Notes under the pieces: generated by a model
Database searches by the model: none
The model's input: the letters and a program-made list of their open reading frames with translations, nothing else
Told to the model about the DNA's origin: nothing
In this document: positions 45,373 through 54,978 of the stretch, in pieces
Layout: every line of letters begins with the position of its first letter
Position numbering within the stretch: the stretch's first letter is position 1
Program-made: the position numbers and the translations under genes
Origin: an uncultured Nitrososphaerota archaeon
GTDB lineage: Archaea; Korarchaeota; Korarchaeia; Korarchaeales; Korarchaeaceae
DNA: 64,000 nucleotides
Reading direction: 5' to 3'
Assembly: GCA_964594835.1 (NCBI GenBank)
Contig: CAZQNA010000002.1
Coordinates: 32,001-96,000, forward strand

Positions 45373-46710
45373 ATGCGGCGGCGACCCGGGATTGGTAGGA
45401 CCGTTCTCGTGGGGGCCCTCATCGTACTGATACTTGTGGTTGCCGTTGCGGCCTTCTACGTCCGGAAGCCCGCTCCGACTCCCTCGCCCAGCCCAGCTCC
45501 GACCACCGCTGCTCCAACCACGGCGCCTCCAGCCCCCAAGATTGAGGAGATCGTGATAGGGATGGTTGAGCCCCTGAGCGGGACTCACTCCATCTTCGGG
45601 ATAGAGGCCAAGCAGGCGGCCGAGCTGATCATCGAGGACATAAACTCCAAGGGAGGCATAGAGTCGCTAGGCGGGGCCAAGCTGAGGCTGGTGGTGGAGG
45701 ACTCCAAGGACTCCATCGAGGGGGCTAAGCTCGCGGCGGAGAAGCTGATCTCCCAGTACCACCCGCCGATCATAATAGGGGCCTACATAAGCAGGCACAC
45801 CGCCGCCATGGCCGAGGTCACCGAGCGGGAGAGGGTCATCCTGGTGGCCGACGCCCTAGTGGACTTCCTCAGCGAGAAGGGGTGGCAGTACTTCTTCAGG
45901 GCCTGTCCCAAGACCTCCATCCACGGAAAGACCGCCATGGACTTCGTTTACGAGACCGCCCAGAGGAAGGGGGTCGACATTAGCACGGTCGTGATCATGA
46001 ACGAGGACTCCGTCTTCGGGAGGTACACGGCCCTGGGAGCATACCACGAAGCCCTTGGCCTTGGCCTGACGGTCCTGGACCAGATAGAGTACCCGTACGA
46101 CATCGCCGACGCCTCCCCGATAGTCAGCAGGCTCATGGAGCTGAACCCCGACGTGGTGATATCCGTCCCCTACTTCTCCGACGGCGTCCTCATCGCCACC
46201 ACCATGCAGGAGATGGGCTACAAGCCCATGATAGTCGCGGGAGCCGGAGGGTGCGGCTACTGCGACCCCGACTCCATCAGCGCCGCCGGGTCGGCGGTGG
46301 AGGGCTTCACCCAGACCTACAGCTACAACCCGTTCATGAACACGCCCTACAACCAGTACATCGTCCAGAAGTTCCAGGAGAGGTACGGGAAGCTCCCGAC
46401 GGAGGCCGGAGGCATAATCTTCTACTCACTCTGGACCATCAAGGAGGCCCTGGAGCTGGCGGGTCAGATGTTCCCCGAGGACCCGCTCAACCCCGACAAC
46501 CTCAGGCAGGCCTTCCTGGCCCTGGACATAACTAGCGGCCCGGCCGCGGAGACCTACCCGTCGGGTCACATCAAGTTCGGCCCGGACGGCGACAACATCT
46601 ACGCCATGGCCGTGGTCCTGCAGGTCCAGAACGGCGAGCCCGTCCTGGTCTACCCGTTCGAGTACGCCCAGGCCGAGCCGATCTTCCCGATACCGGGGCA
46701 CGGGTCTTAG
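45373..46710 (+). CDS. Branched-chain-amino-acid-type ABC substrate-binding protein
   Basis: N-terminal anchor plus Pro/Thr stalk; IG..EPLSG..G, IN.KGGI..LGGAKL..D and YFFR. Confidence 0.9.
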   Translation: MRRRPGIGRTVLVGALIVLILVVAVAAFYVRKPAPTPSPSPAPTTAAPTTAPPAPKIEEIVIGMVEPLSGTHSIFGIEAKQAAELIIEDINSKGGIESLGGAKLRLVVEDSKDSIEGAKLAAEKLISQYHPPIIIGAYISRHTAAMAEVTERERVILVADALVDFLSEKGWQYFFRACPKTSIHGKTAMDFVYETAQRKGVDISTVVIMNEDSVFGRYTALGAYHEALGLGLTVLDQIEYPYDIADASPIVSRLMELNPDVVISVPYFSDGVLIATTMQEMGYKPMIVAGAGGCGYCDPDSISAAGSAVEGFTQTYSYNPFMNTPYNQYIVQKFQERYGKLPTEAGGIIFYSLWTIKEALELAGQMFPEDPLNPDNLRQAFLALDITSGPAAETYPSGHIKFGPDGDNIYAMAVVLQVQNGEPVLVYPFEYAQAEPIFPIPGHGS

Positions 46711-46726
46711 GCCCCCATTCCCCCAA

Positions 46727-46732
46727 TTTTTT
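46727..46732 (+). terminator. T6 tract after the SBP gene, putative intra-operon terminator
   Basis: CCCCAATTTTTT shortly after the stop at 46710. Confidence 0.4.
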
Positions 46733-46753
46733 GTCGCCCGTGGAGGTGGGAGC

Positions 46754-47617
46754 TTGCTCGAGCTGCTCCTGCAGAACCTAGTGAACGGCATCCTTATGGG
46801 GTGCGTCTACGCGCTAGTCGCGCTGGGCCTGGCCCTCCAGTTCGGCGTGATGGACATCATCAACTTCGCCCACGGGGAGTTCGTCATGATCGCCATGTAC
46901 CTGGTCTTCTGGATCAGCCTGTACCTGGCGATCCCTGGCTCCCTCACCTCGCTGATCGTCGCCCCGATATACTTCGTCTTCGGGCTCGTGATCTACAAGT
47001 TGGTAATCGACAGGATCGTGGGGACTTACCCCCTCGCCCAGATAGCCGCCACGATAGGGCTGATGGTCCTGCTCCGGAACCTCGCCCTGGCCGCCTGGAG
47101 GGCTCAGCCTAGGGGGCTCCAGTACGAGGTGCTCCGGGGGAACGTGCCCCTGGGGCCGGTGGTCGTGTCAATCTCGAGGCTCACGGCCGCGGTCGTCAGC
47201 ATCGCCACCATGCTTGTCCTCCACTGGTTCCTGACCCACACCAGGCTGGGCCTCGCCCTGAGGGCCACCAGCGACGACATGCAGGCGGCCTCGCTTCTAG
47301 GGATCAACGTGAGGAGGATGTTCGCGGTAGCCTTCGGCCTGGGGTGCGCGATCATAGGGATTGCCGCCGCCTTCATCATGACGTTCCAGCAGGTCAACCC
47401 CGAGTCCGGACTCACCTGGGGACTCATCAGCTGGATAATAGTCGTCATGGCGGGGCTTGGTGGGGTGAGCGGGGTCCTGCTCTCGGGTCTGATCCTCGGA
47501 CTGGTCGAGGCGCTTGAGATCACGTTCTGGGACCCGAGGGCCAGCCTGGCGGTCATGTACTCTCTGTTCATCCTGATACTCTGGGTCAAGCCCAGGGGGC
47601 TCTTCGGGAGGAGGTAG
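46754..47617 (+). CDS. LivH-like ABC permease
   Basis: G..G..YALVALGL.L.FGV..IINFAHGE and TRLG.A.RA. Confidence 0.92.
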   Translation: MLELLLQNLVNGILMGCVYALVALGLALQFGVMDIINFAHGEFVMIAMYLVFWISLYLAIPGSLTSLIVAPIYFVFGLVIYKLVIDRIVGTYPLAQIAATIGLMVLLRNLALAAWRAQPRGLQYEVLRGNVPLGPVVVSISRLTAAVVSIATMLVLHWFLTHTRLGLALRATSDDMQAASLLGINVRRMFAVAFGLGCAIIGIAAAFIMTFQQVNPESGLTWGLISWIIVVMAGLGGVSGVLLSGLILGLVEALEITFWDPRASLAVMYSLFILILWVKPRGLFGRR

Positions 47618-47619
47618 GG

Positions 47620-48636
47620 ATGAGGGCCTCGGACGTGAAGCCCGTGGCCGCGCTGACGGTCATACTGGGGATCCTCCCCCTGGCCGTGAGGATGAACAAC
47701 TACTACGTCCTACTGCTGACTTGGATCCTCTACTACAGCACGCTGGTGACGGCCTGGAACGTGATAGGAGGCCTGGCTGGCCAGCTGGACCTGGCCGCCG
47801 CCTCGTACATAGGCCTCGGCGCCTACACCATGGGAACGCTGCTGATCAGGCTGGACGTCACGCCCTGGATCGGCATACCCCTGGGCGGCCTCGTGGCGGC
47901 GGGGTTCGCCGCCCTCGTGGGCTATCCGACCTTCAGGTTTGGGCTGAAGGAGGCCTGGTACGCCCTGGCCACGATCAGCAGCGTCGTCGTGCTGCAGAAG
48001 CTCTTCCTCGTGTGGGAGGAGATAGGCGGGCCCGAGGAGAGGTACCTTCCGGCCAGGTACGGGGAGCTCTACTACCTGAGGTTCCGGGGCTACGCCGCCT
48101 ACTACTACATCCTGCTGGCCGTCCTGGTGCTGGTCCTCCTCCTCAACGTGAAGATAAGGAGGAGCAAGATAGGCTACTACCTGCTGGCCATAAGGGAGAA
48201 CGAGGAGGCCGCCGAGATTCTGGGGATCGACGTTAGGAAGTACAAGCTCAGGGCCCTCCTCATATACGCCTTCGTCACCGGGTGCATAGGGGGCATATTC
48301 GCCTTGATAAGCGGGTACCTGCACCCCCACCACTTCGACACCTGGACGAGCCTGCAGGTCGCCATACTGGGGATAGTGGGCGGGGCCGGCGTGGGGTCCG
48401 TCTACAGCCTCCCGGCCACCACCTTCATAATCTACTCAATCTCCGAGCTCCTGAGGTCCACCCTAGGAGGGTGGATACCCGGGATACACCTGATATTCTA
48501 CGGCGTGATACTCACGGTCGTCGTGCTGCTGAAGCCCGAGGGGCTCTCAGAGACCTACGAGAGGCTATACGGCAGGCTGAAAGGGGCCCTGCTGGGAGGC
48601 ATACGGGGCCGGGAGGGAGGTGGTGTCCATGCCTGA
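47620..48636 (+). CDS. LivM-like ABC permease
   Basis: WN..GG.AGQ, S..G..L.AIRENE.AA..GI and P.GL. Confidence 0.9.
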   Translation: MRASDVKPVAALTVILGILPLAVRMNNYYVLLLTWILYYSTLVTAWNVIGGLAGQLDLAAASYIGLGAYTMGTLLIRLDVTPWIGIPLGGLVAAGFAALVGYPTFRFGLKEAWYALATISSVVVLQKLFLVWEEIGGPEERYLPARYGELYYLRFRGYAAYYYILLAVLVLVLLLNVKIRRSKIGYYLLAIRENEEAAEILGIDVRKYKLRALLIYAFVTGCIGGIFALISGYLHPHHFDTWTSLQVAILGIVGGAGVGSVYSLPATTFIIYSISELLRSTLGGWIPGIHLIFYGVILTVVVLLKPEGLSETYERLYGRLKGALLGGIRGREGGGVHA

Positions 48637-49363
48637 GGAGGTCCTCCTGCAGGTGCGCGGCGTGACGAAGAGGTTCGGCGGGATAGTGGCCCTGGACAGG
48701 GTGGACGTCGACGTGTACGACGGGGAGATACTCGGGATGATAGGGCCCAACGGTGCCGGCAAGACCACCCTGTTCAACGTCGTCACCGGCTACTACCCCC
48801 CGGACTCCGGGAGGGTCGTCTACCGGGGGGAGGACATCACGGGCAGGCCCCCGCACGAGATAGCCAAGCTGGGCATAAGCAGGACCTTCCAGGTGGTCAA
48901 GCCGTTCCTCGGGCTCACAGTTGAGGACGCCGTCAGGGTCGGGGCGTACAACCGCCTCACGGACGAGGCCGAGGTGGAGAGGAGGGTCAACGAGATCCTC
49001 GAGTTCATGGGCCTGGACAGGCTCAGGGACAGGATGTGCCGCGACCTCAACATCGTCCAGATCAAGCAGACCGCCATAGCCCGGGCCCTCGCGACGGGCC
49101 CGAGGCTCCTGCTGCTGGACGAGGCGGCAGCCGGCCTCAACCCTGGCGAGGTGGACGCCCTCATCGAGCTGCTCAGGAGGGTCAACGAGGAGATGGGGGT
49201 CACGCTATGGGTGGTCGAGCACGTCATGAGGTTCGTCATGGGCATATCCAACAGGGTTGTGGTGCTCCACTACGGCGAGAAGATAGCGGAGGGCACGCCG
49301 GAGGAGGTCGCCCACGACCCGAAGGTCGTGGAGGCCTACCTGGGTGCGGAGGTGGTGCTATGA
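48629..49363 (+). CDS. LivG-like ABC ATP-binding subunit
   Basis: KRFGGI.A, GPNGAGKTT, RTFQ, LLDE.AAG and AYLG. Confidence 0.92.
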   Translation: MPEEVLLQVRGVTKRFGGIVALDRVDVDVYDGEILGMIGPNGAGKTTLFNVVTGYYPPDSGRVVYRGEDITGRPPHEIAKLGISRTFQVVKPFLGLTVEDAVRVGAYNRLTDEAEVERRVNEILEFMGLDRLRDRMCRDLNIVQIKQTAIARALATGPRLLLLDEAAAGLNPGEVDALIELLRRVNEEMGVTLWVVEHVMRFVMGISNRVVVLHYGEKIAEGTPEEVAHDPKVVEAYLGAEVVL

Positions 49364-50070
49364 GGGCCCTCGAAGTTCAAGACCTGAACGTGGCCTACGG
49401 CAGGGTTCAGGTCCTCTGGGACGTGTCCTTCCACGTCGAGGAGGGGGAGAGCGTCTGCATAATCGGGCCCAACGGTGCCGGCAAGACCACCACCCTCCAC
49501 ACGGTGTCGGGGATACTCAGGCCCCTCTCCGGATCCGTCAGGTTCTACGGCGAGGAGGTCACCGGGCTGCCGGCCTGGGAGCTGGCCGAGAGGGGGATGG
49601 CCCTCGTCCCCGAGGGCAGGAGGATATTCCCGAACCTGACCGTCATCGAGAACCTCATGGCGGCCTCCTACATGAGGAGGTGCAGGGACAGCTTCGAGGA
49701 GAACCTAGAGATGGTATTCGAACTCTTCCCGAGGCTGAAGGAGCGGAGGGACCAGGTCGCCAGGACGCTCAGTGGGGGGGAGGCCCAGATGCTGGCCATA
49801 GCGAGGGCCATGATCACCAACCCGAGGCTGCTGATGCTGGACGAGCCCTCCATGGGCCTCGCGCCCATCCTGGTGTCGAAGGTCTTCCAGTCGATACAGA
49901 GGCTCAGGGAGAGGGGGGTCACGATACTCCTGGTGGAGCAGCACGTGCCCGTCGCCCTCAAGGTCAGCGACAGGGCGTACGTTCTGGAGAACGGGAGGAT
50001 AGTGCTGAGCGGGACCTCTGAGGAGGTCGCGAGCAACGAGAAGGTGAGGGAGCACTACCTGGGCATCTGA
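49360..50070 (+). CDS. LivF-like ABC ATP-binding subunit
   Basis: GPNGAGKTT, VPEGRRIF, LSGGE.QM and DEPSMGLAP. Confidence 0.93.
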   Translation: MRALEVQDLNVAYGRVQVLWDVSFHVEEGESVCIIGPNGAGKTTTLHTVSGILRPLSGSVRFYGEEVTGLPAWELAERGMALVPEGRRIFPNLTVIENLMAASYMRRCRDSFEENLEMVFELFPRLKERRDQVARTLSGGEAQMLAIARAMITNPRLLMLDEPSMGLAPILVSKVFQSIQRLRERGVTILLVEQHVPVALKVSDRAYVLENGRIVLSGTSEEVASNEKVREHYLGI

Positions 50071-50204
50071 GGGACCTCCTCCCTCTCCCAAACCCGCCGC
50101 CCACAAGGAACCCCGCGCGCCGTCTTTGCTCCAGGAGGAGGGAGGGTTAGGTAGGCGGGAGCGTGCGCAGTTATAACGAATCCCCGAACGAGGGGGAAGA
50201 AGGA

Positions 50205-50519
50205 ATGCCCGAGTACGAGTTCCTGAGGAAGAATGCCGACAGCTTCTACAGGAATGCCAAGCAGCTGCTAGAGCAGGGCGAGTACAACCTGGCCGCCTTC
50301 AACTTGGAGCAGGCCATGCAGCTGATGCTGAAGTACCTGCTGGCCTCCAGGCTGGGGGAGTTCTACGAGGACAACGCCAGCGTGGTTGGGAACGTGGAGA
50401 GCGCCTACATAGCCTCCAGGTACTACCCCGTGGACTTTCAAGAGGTCGAGGTCCGGGAGATGTTGAGCGCCTACGAGGAGTTCCTGGAGGTGTTGAGAGG
50501 GTGCCTGGGAAATCCCTGA
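50205..50519 (+). CDS. HEPN-domain protein, apparently internally deleted
   Basis: G.YNLAAF..EQA.QL.LK and AYI.SRY are present, but the central P.TH.L segment is absent; only 104 aa. Confidence 0.75.
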   Translation: MPEYEFLRKNADSFYRNAKQLLEQGEYNLAAFNLEQAMQLMLKYLLASRLGEFYEDNASVVGNVESAYIASRYYPVDFQEVEVREMLSAYEEFLEVLRGCLGNP

Positions 50520-50866
50520 TGGACCTCCAGAGGGAGATCGTCCAGGAGGAGAGGAGGTACTTCCAACGACCCATGGAGTACGCGTCCCGCATAGCCAGAA
50601 TCGCGAAGGAGCTGCTGGGTGATCCTAACGTCAGGGTGTTCTTGTTCGGCTCTGCATCCGAGGGCAGGGCGATTCCTGGGGCGAGCGACATCGACATCCT
50701 GGTGGTCTCCGATAGGGCCCCGGAGAGGTCCCAAGAGCTGGCCGAACTCAGGGTGAAGATACTCTCGAGACTGGGAGACCTGGCCGCACCCTTCGAGATA
50801 CACGTGATCACCCCCGACAGGTTCGAGTGGTTTAGGCGCGCTGGCAGGTTGATCCCGGTCGGGTGA
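50501..50866 (+). CDS. Minimal nucleotidyltransferase (MNT)
   Basis: LFGS..G....SDIDILVV and FEIHV. Confidence 0.9.
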   Translation: MPGKSLMDLQREIVQEERRYFQRPMEYASRIARIAKELLGDPNVRVFLFGSASEGRAIPGASDIDILVVSDRAPERSQELAELRVKILSRLGDLAAPFEIHVITPDRFEWFRRAGRLIPVG

Positions 50867-50885
50867 GGGGCCAAGGGCCGGGGCC

Positions 50886-51944
50886 TCAGGGCCGGTCTCC
50901 GGTCAGGGTCCTGATGTGCCTTATCGGCAGCTTCACGAAGAGCTCCTCCCCCTCCCTGACGGAGGAGAGTTCCTCCGACCCCGCCGGCGCCCTCGCCGTC
51001 AGGGTCACCCCGCCCACCCGGACGTCCACCTCCACGAGGGACCCCCTCGCCCTCACGGACCGCACCACCCCCCTGAAGGTGTTGAACCACCCGCGCCCGC
51101 CCACCCTCCTCGCGAGCACGACCCTCTCGGGGGGTATCGCGACCTTCAGGACCCGGCCCCCCTCGAAGGGGACCAGGATCTTGAGGCCGCCGCACCTGAC
51201 CTCCGCCAGGCCCTCGCTCACCTCCCTGAAGTCGTCGCACTCCAGCAGGTTCTGAAGGCCCAGGAACTCGGATACCTCCCGCGCGGCCGGGTTGAAGATC
51301 ACCTCCTCCGGCCCGCCAACCTGGAGGACTCTCCCCCCGATCAGCACGGCCACCCTCCCCCCGAGCTCCTCGGCCTCCACCCAGTCGTGGGTCACGAAAA
51401 GCGTCGTCACCCCGACCTCGCTGACGAGCCGCCTCACCTCCAGCCTCATGGCTCGGCGGGTGGAGGAGTCCAGGTCGTTGAAGGGCTCGTCCAGCAGGAG
51501 CACGCTGGGCTCCGGGGCGAGGGCCCTGGCTATGGCCACCCTCTGCCTCTCGCCCCCGCTCAGCCTGGCCGGGTGGCGATCCCTGAGGTGGGAGATCTCG
51601 AGGAGGCGCAGGACCTCCTCGACGCGCCCCTCGATCTCACATCGATCGAGGCCCCTCATCCTGAGGCCGAAGGCCACGTTGTCCCAGACCGTCATGTGCG
51701 TGAAAAGGGCGAGCCCCTGGGGAACGTAGCCGACCGACCTCTGACCCGGCGGCACGTCGTCGACCGGAGCCCCGTCGAAAAGCACGGCGCCCTCGTAGTC
51801 CACCAGCCCGGCCACCACGTTCATCAGGGTGGTCTTGCCGGCCCCGTTGGGTCCCATCACCGTCAGCAGCTCCCCGTCCCCGACGTCCAGGGTCACGCCC
51901 CTGAGCGCGAAGTTCCTGACGTCCCTCAGCCCTATCGACGGCAT
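50886..51944 (-). CDS. ABC ATP-binding subunit with TOBE domain
   Basis: GPNGAGKTT, LSGGERQR, LLLDEPF, VTHD and a C-terminal OB/TOBE region. Confidence 0.9.
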   Translation of the reverse strand: MPSIGLRDVRNFALRGVTLDVGDGELLTVMGPNGAGKTTLMNVVAGLVDYEGAVLFDGAPVDDVPPGQRSVGYVPQGLALFTHMTVWDNVAFGLRMRGLDRCEIEGRVEEVLRLLEISHLRDRHPARLSGGERQRVAIARALAPEPSVLLLDEPFNDLDSSTRRAMRLEVRRLVSEVGVTTLFVTHDWVEAEELGGRVAVLIGGRVLQVGGPEEVIFNPAAREVSEFLGLQNLLECDDFREVSEGLAEVRCGGLKILVPFEGGRVLKVAIPPERVVLARRVGGRGWFNTFRGVVRSVRARGSLVEVDVRVGGVTLTARAPAGSEELSSVREGEELFVKLPIRHIRTLTGDRP

Positions 51945-52705
51945 CAGACCGCCCCCCGCCTCCTGAGGACTGAAACCTCGAGCCTCTCGAAGGCCCAGCT
52001 GAAGGCGTAGTTCGAAGCGGCGAGCACCAGGATCACGGCGAGTATCTGATCCACCCTGAGGACGCTCTGCGCCTCCATCGCCAGGAGGCCGAGGCCCGAG
52101 GACATGGCTACCATCTCCGTGACGAAGCAGGTCCTCCAGGCCATTCCGGCCTCCACCTTGAGGCCGGAGAGTATCTGGGGCAGGGCCTGCGGGAGGATCA
52201 CCTCCCTCAGCAGCGTGAGGCCCTCGGCCCCTAGCGTCCTGGCGACGCGGATCACCTCGGGGTCGACCGACCTCGCCCCGGTCAGGGTCGCGTAGGCCGT
52301 CGGGGGGAAGGAGCACATGAAGACGACGGTCACGGGGAGCGCCTCGCCCAGCCCCACCCAGAGCATGAAGAGCGGGATCCAGGCGACCGCGGGAACGGCG
52401 TAGAGGAGGCCGATCAGGGGGTAGGCCGCCCCGTAGGTCAGCCTGTGGTACGCCGACGCCGCCCCGACGGCGACTCCTAGCGTCGACCCCAGACCAAACC
52501 CGAGCACGACGCGCGTCAGCGTCCTGACGTAGTGGAACTCAAGTTCTCCGCTCGCAGCGAGCTCCACTAAGGCCCTGAGGACCTCCGAGAACGGTGGGAA
52601 GAGCTGGGTCGGTACGGGTGCGAGCCGAGCCGCGAGCTCCCAGGCCGCGAGGGCGGCCAGCACGGAGGCCAGGCCTAGGGAACTACGGCCCAGGCGCACT
52701 CCCAA
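51944..52705 (-). CDS. NitT/TauT-type ABC permease
   Basis: P.VAWIPL..LW.G, ARTLGA, LP.ALPQILSG and EM....GLG. Confidence 0.9.
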   Translation of the reverse strand: MGVRLGRSSLGLASVLAALAAWELAARLAPVPTQLFPPFSEVLRALVELAASGELEFHYVRTLTRVVLGFGLGSTLGVAVGAASAYHRLTYGAAYPLIGLLYAVPAVAWIPLFMLWVGLGEALPVTVVFMCSFPPTAYATLTGARSVDPEVIRVARTLGAEGLTLLREVILPQALPQILSGLKVEAGMAWRTCFVTEMVAMSSGLGLLAMEAQSVLRVDQILAVILVLAASNYAFSWAFERLEVSVLRRRGAV

Positions 52706-53666
52706 GCACCTCCCCCAGGATCGACGCGTCGACCAGCTCGTCCACGGGCACGGGATCCTCGATGCACCCGTACCGCACCATGAGGTTCACGTACTCCTCG
52801 ATCTCGGTGAGGTCGAGCCCGACCGAGTACTCCAGGTGACCCATCGACTCTGAAGCCTCCTCCTCGGAGATTCCGAGCCTGTTGGCCACGATCCTGGCGG
52901 CCTCCTCTGGGTCCTCGAGTATGAGCTCGGTGGCCTGGGCCGTGGCCCTCACCAGGGCCCTCACGAGTTCTGGATCGGACTCCAGCAGGTCCTCCCTTAC
53001 GACCAGGACGCTGCCCGGCATGTCGGGCCACACGTCCTGGCTCTGCACGAGGACCCTGCACCCTCCCCGCATGACTGCGAGGGTCGCGTAGTGCTCTGGG
53101 AGGGCCGCCGCATCCACCTGCCCGGTCATGACCGCATTAACGGCTATCTGGGGTACCATCTTCTTCACGGCCACGTTGAGGCCGTACTTCTCCATGACGA
53201 TGGCCAGCAGGAGGTAGGCGGGGCTCCCCTTACCCGAGGCGGCCACCACCCCTCCGGAGAGCTGGGATAGGTTCGAGATACCGGGGCGGGCGACTATGGC
53301 GTAGCCGTGCAGGTGGGCCCCGGCCACGACCTTGATCGGCACGCCCCTGGCCCTCGCCAGCACTGCAGGCCCGAGGCAGGCCCACGCGACGTCCACGTCG
53401 CCCCTCGCCAGGGCCGCGGCCAGCTCCAGCCCGGTCCTGAAGGTCTCTAGGTGGGTCACGTTGATCCCGTTGGCTTCGAAGAGCCCGGTGTCCAGGGCCA
53501 CCCACGCCGCGGCGGAGTGATCGTTGAACTCCACGGCCAGGGATATCGACTTCACCCCGGTCCCCCCGCGGTGGATCGCCCCGAGCAGGGCCAAAGCGAC
53601 GAGGGCCGCGGCTAGGGCGATCGGGACTTCACGGCGGCTCACATTGGCGGCAAACGCCGGTAACAC
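52683..53666 (-). CDS. NitT/TauT-type ABC substrate-binding protein
   Basis: N-terminal anchor; G.F..NG, F..G.EL..AL..G.VD and G.VDA...PE. Exact start uncertain. Confidence 0.85.
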   Translation of the reverse strand: MLPAFAANVSRREVPIALAAALVALALLGAIHRGGTGVKSISLAVEFNDHSAAAWVALDTGLFEANGINVTHLETFRTGLELAAALARGDVDVAWACLGPAVLARARGVPIKVVAGAHLHGYAIVARPGISNLSQLSGGVVAASGKGSPAYLLLAIVMEKYGLNVAVKKMVPQIAVNAVMTGQVDAAALPEHYATLAVMRGGCRVLVQSQDVWPDMPGSVLVVREDLLESDPELVRALVRATAQATELILEDPEEAARIVANRLGISEEEASESMGHLEYSVGLDLTEIEEYVNLMVRYGCIEDPVPVDELVDASILGEVLGSAPGP

Positions 53667-53751
53667 GAATAAGGTTGCGCAGACGGCGCGACTCCGCGGG
53701 GCGCCGGCCTCACATTTTTCGGGTTACCCAGAGGGGCCGTCGAGAGCGGGC

Positions 53752-54444
53752 ATGCTCGAGGGGGCAAGGTTCTTCGTGGTCGCCCACAGGGGCGCGAGCG
53801 CATACGAGCCCGAGAACACCCTGAGATCGGTGAGGAGGGCCCTGGAGATCGGAGCTGACGCCGTGGAGGTCGACGTGAGGCTCTCGGCCGACGGCGTCCC
53901 GGTGGTCATTCACGACGAGACCGTAGACCGCACGACGGACGGCACCGGGAAGGTGGCGGAGATGACACTTGAGGAGCTGAGGAGGCTCGACGCCGGTCAG
54001 GGCGAGAGGATCCCGACTCTGGAGGAGGTCCTAGACGCGGTCCGGGGTAGGGCGATCCTGTTCGTGGAGCTGAAGGTGGACGAGGCGGCGCTGCCTTCCC
54101 TGGAGCTGGTCAGGGGCAGGGGGATGCTGGACGAGGTCTTGTTCATCTCCTTCAGTCAGAACTCCCTCTCCCAGGTGAAGGCGGAAGAGGAGGGAGCCCA
54201 CATCGGGCTCATCTACTTCAAGCCCACCGACGGGATTGTCGGGGCCAAGAAGCTCGGCTGCGAGTTCGTCCTGCCATACTACCCCCTCGCCACCGAGAAG
54301 GCCATAGCCTTCGCCCACAGGATGAGGCTCAGGGTCGTCCCGTGGACCGTGGACGACCTCGAGACGGCGAGGGAGCTCAAGGAGAGGGGGGCCGACGGGG
54401 TGGCCTCGAACATGCCGGATGTCATGATGCCCCTCAGGGAGTGA
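53752..54444 (+). CDS. Glycerophosphodiester phosphodiesterase
   Basis: AHRGAS..PENT, EVDV..S.DG..V.HD..VDRTT and WTVD. Confidence 0.93.
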   Translation: MLEGARFFVVAHRGASAYEPENTLRSVRRALEIGADAVEVDVRLSADGVPVVIHDETVDRTTDGTGKVAEMTLEELRRLDAGQGERIPTLEEVLDAVRGRAILFVELKVDEAALPSLELVRGRGMLDEVLFISFSQNSLSQVKAEEEGAHIGLIYFKPTDGIVGAKKLGCEFVLPYYPLATEKAIAFAHRMRLRVVPWTVDDLETARELKERGADGVASNMPDVMMPLRE

Positions 54445-54511
54445 GTCCGCCACGCTGGAGAGCAGGATGGCAGGAGCCCACTTATATTGACGATCTACCT
54501 CACATCTCACG

Positions 54512-54967
54512 GTGAGGGCCTGGTCGTGGCTGGTGAAGGGTTTGCTTGATGAGTTTGGTGACAGACTCGTCTCCATAGCGATCTACGGCTCCGCGGCCAG
54601 GGGGGAGGCTGGCGAGGGCAGCGACCTCGACGTGCTGGTCGTGGTGGAGGGCCTCCCCGAGGACCTGGGGGAGAGGCTTAGGTCCTCGGGGAGGCTGGCC
54701 CGGAAGGTTAGGCCTCCTCAGGGAGCGCCCAGGCCCGTGTCGGCCGTTTTACTCACCCCGGAGGAGGTAGAGAGGAGGCCGCCGATACTGCTTGACATGG
54801 TGGAGGACGCGATCATCCTCTACGACAGGGACGGCTTCCTGTCCAGGGTTCTTGAGAGGTTGAGGGAGAGGCTGAGGGAGTTGGGGGCCAGGAGAGTCAG
54901 AACCGAGCGCGGGTGGTACTGGATCCTGAAGCCAGACGCAGAGTTCGGGGAGGTGGTGAGGGTCTGA
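54512..54967 (+). CDS. Minimal nucleotidyltransferase (MNT)
   Basis: YGSAARG....SDLDVLVV, LYDRDGFL and WYWILKPD; TTATAT about 25 bp upstream. Confidence 0.9.
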   Translation: MRAWSWLVKGLLDEFGDRLVSIAIYGSAARGEAGEGSDLDVLVVVEGLPEDLGERLRSSGRLARKVRPPQGAPRPVSAVLLTPEEVERRPPILLDMVEDAIILYDRDGFLSRVLERLRERLRELGARRVRTERGWYWILKPDAEFGEVVRV

Positions 54968-54978
54968 TCAACCTTGAG

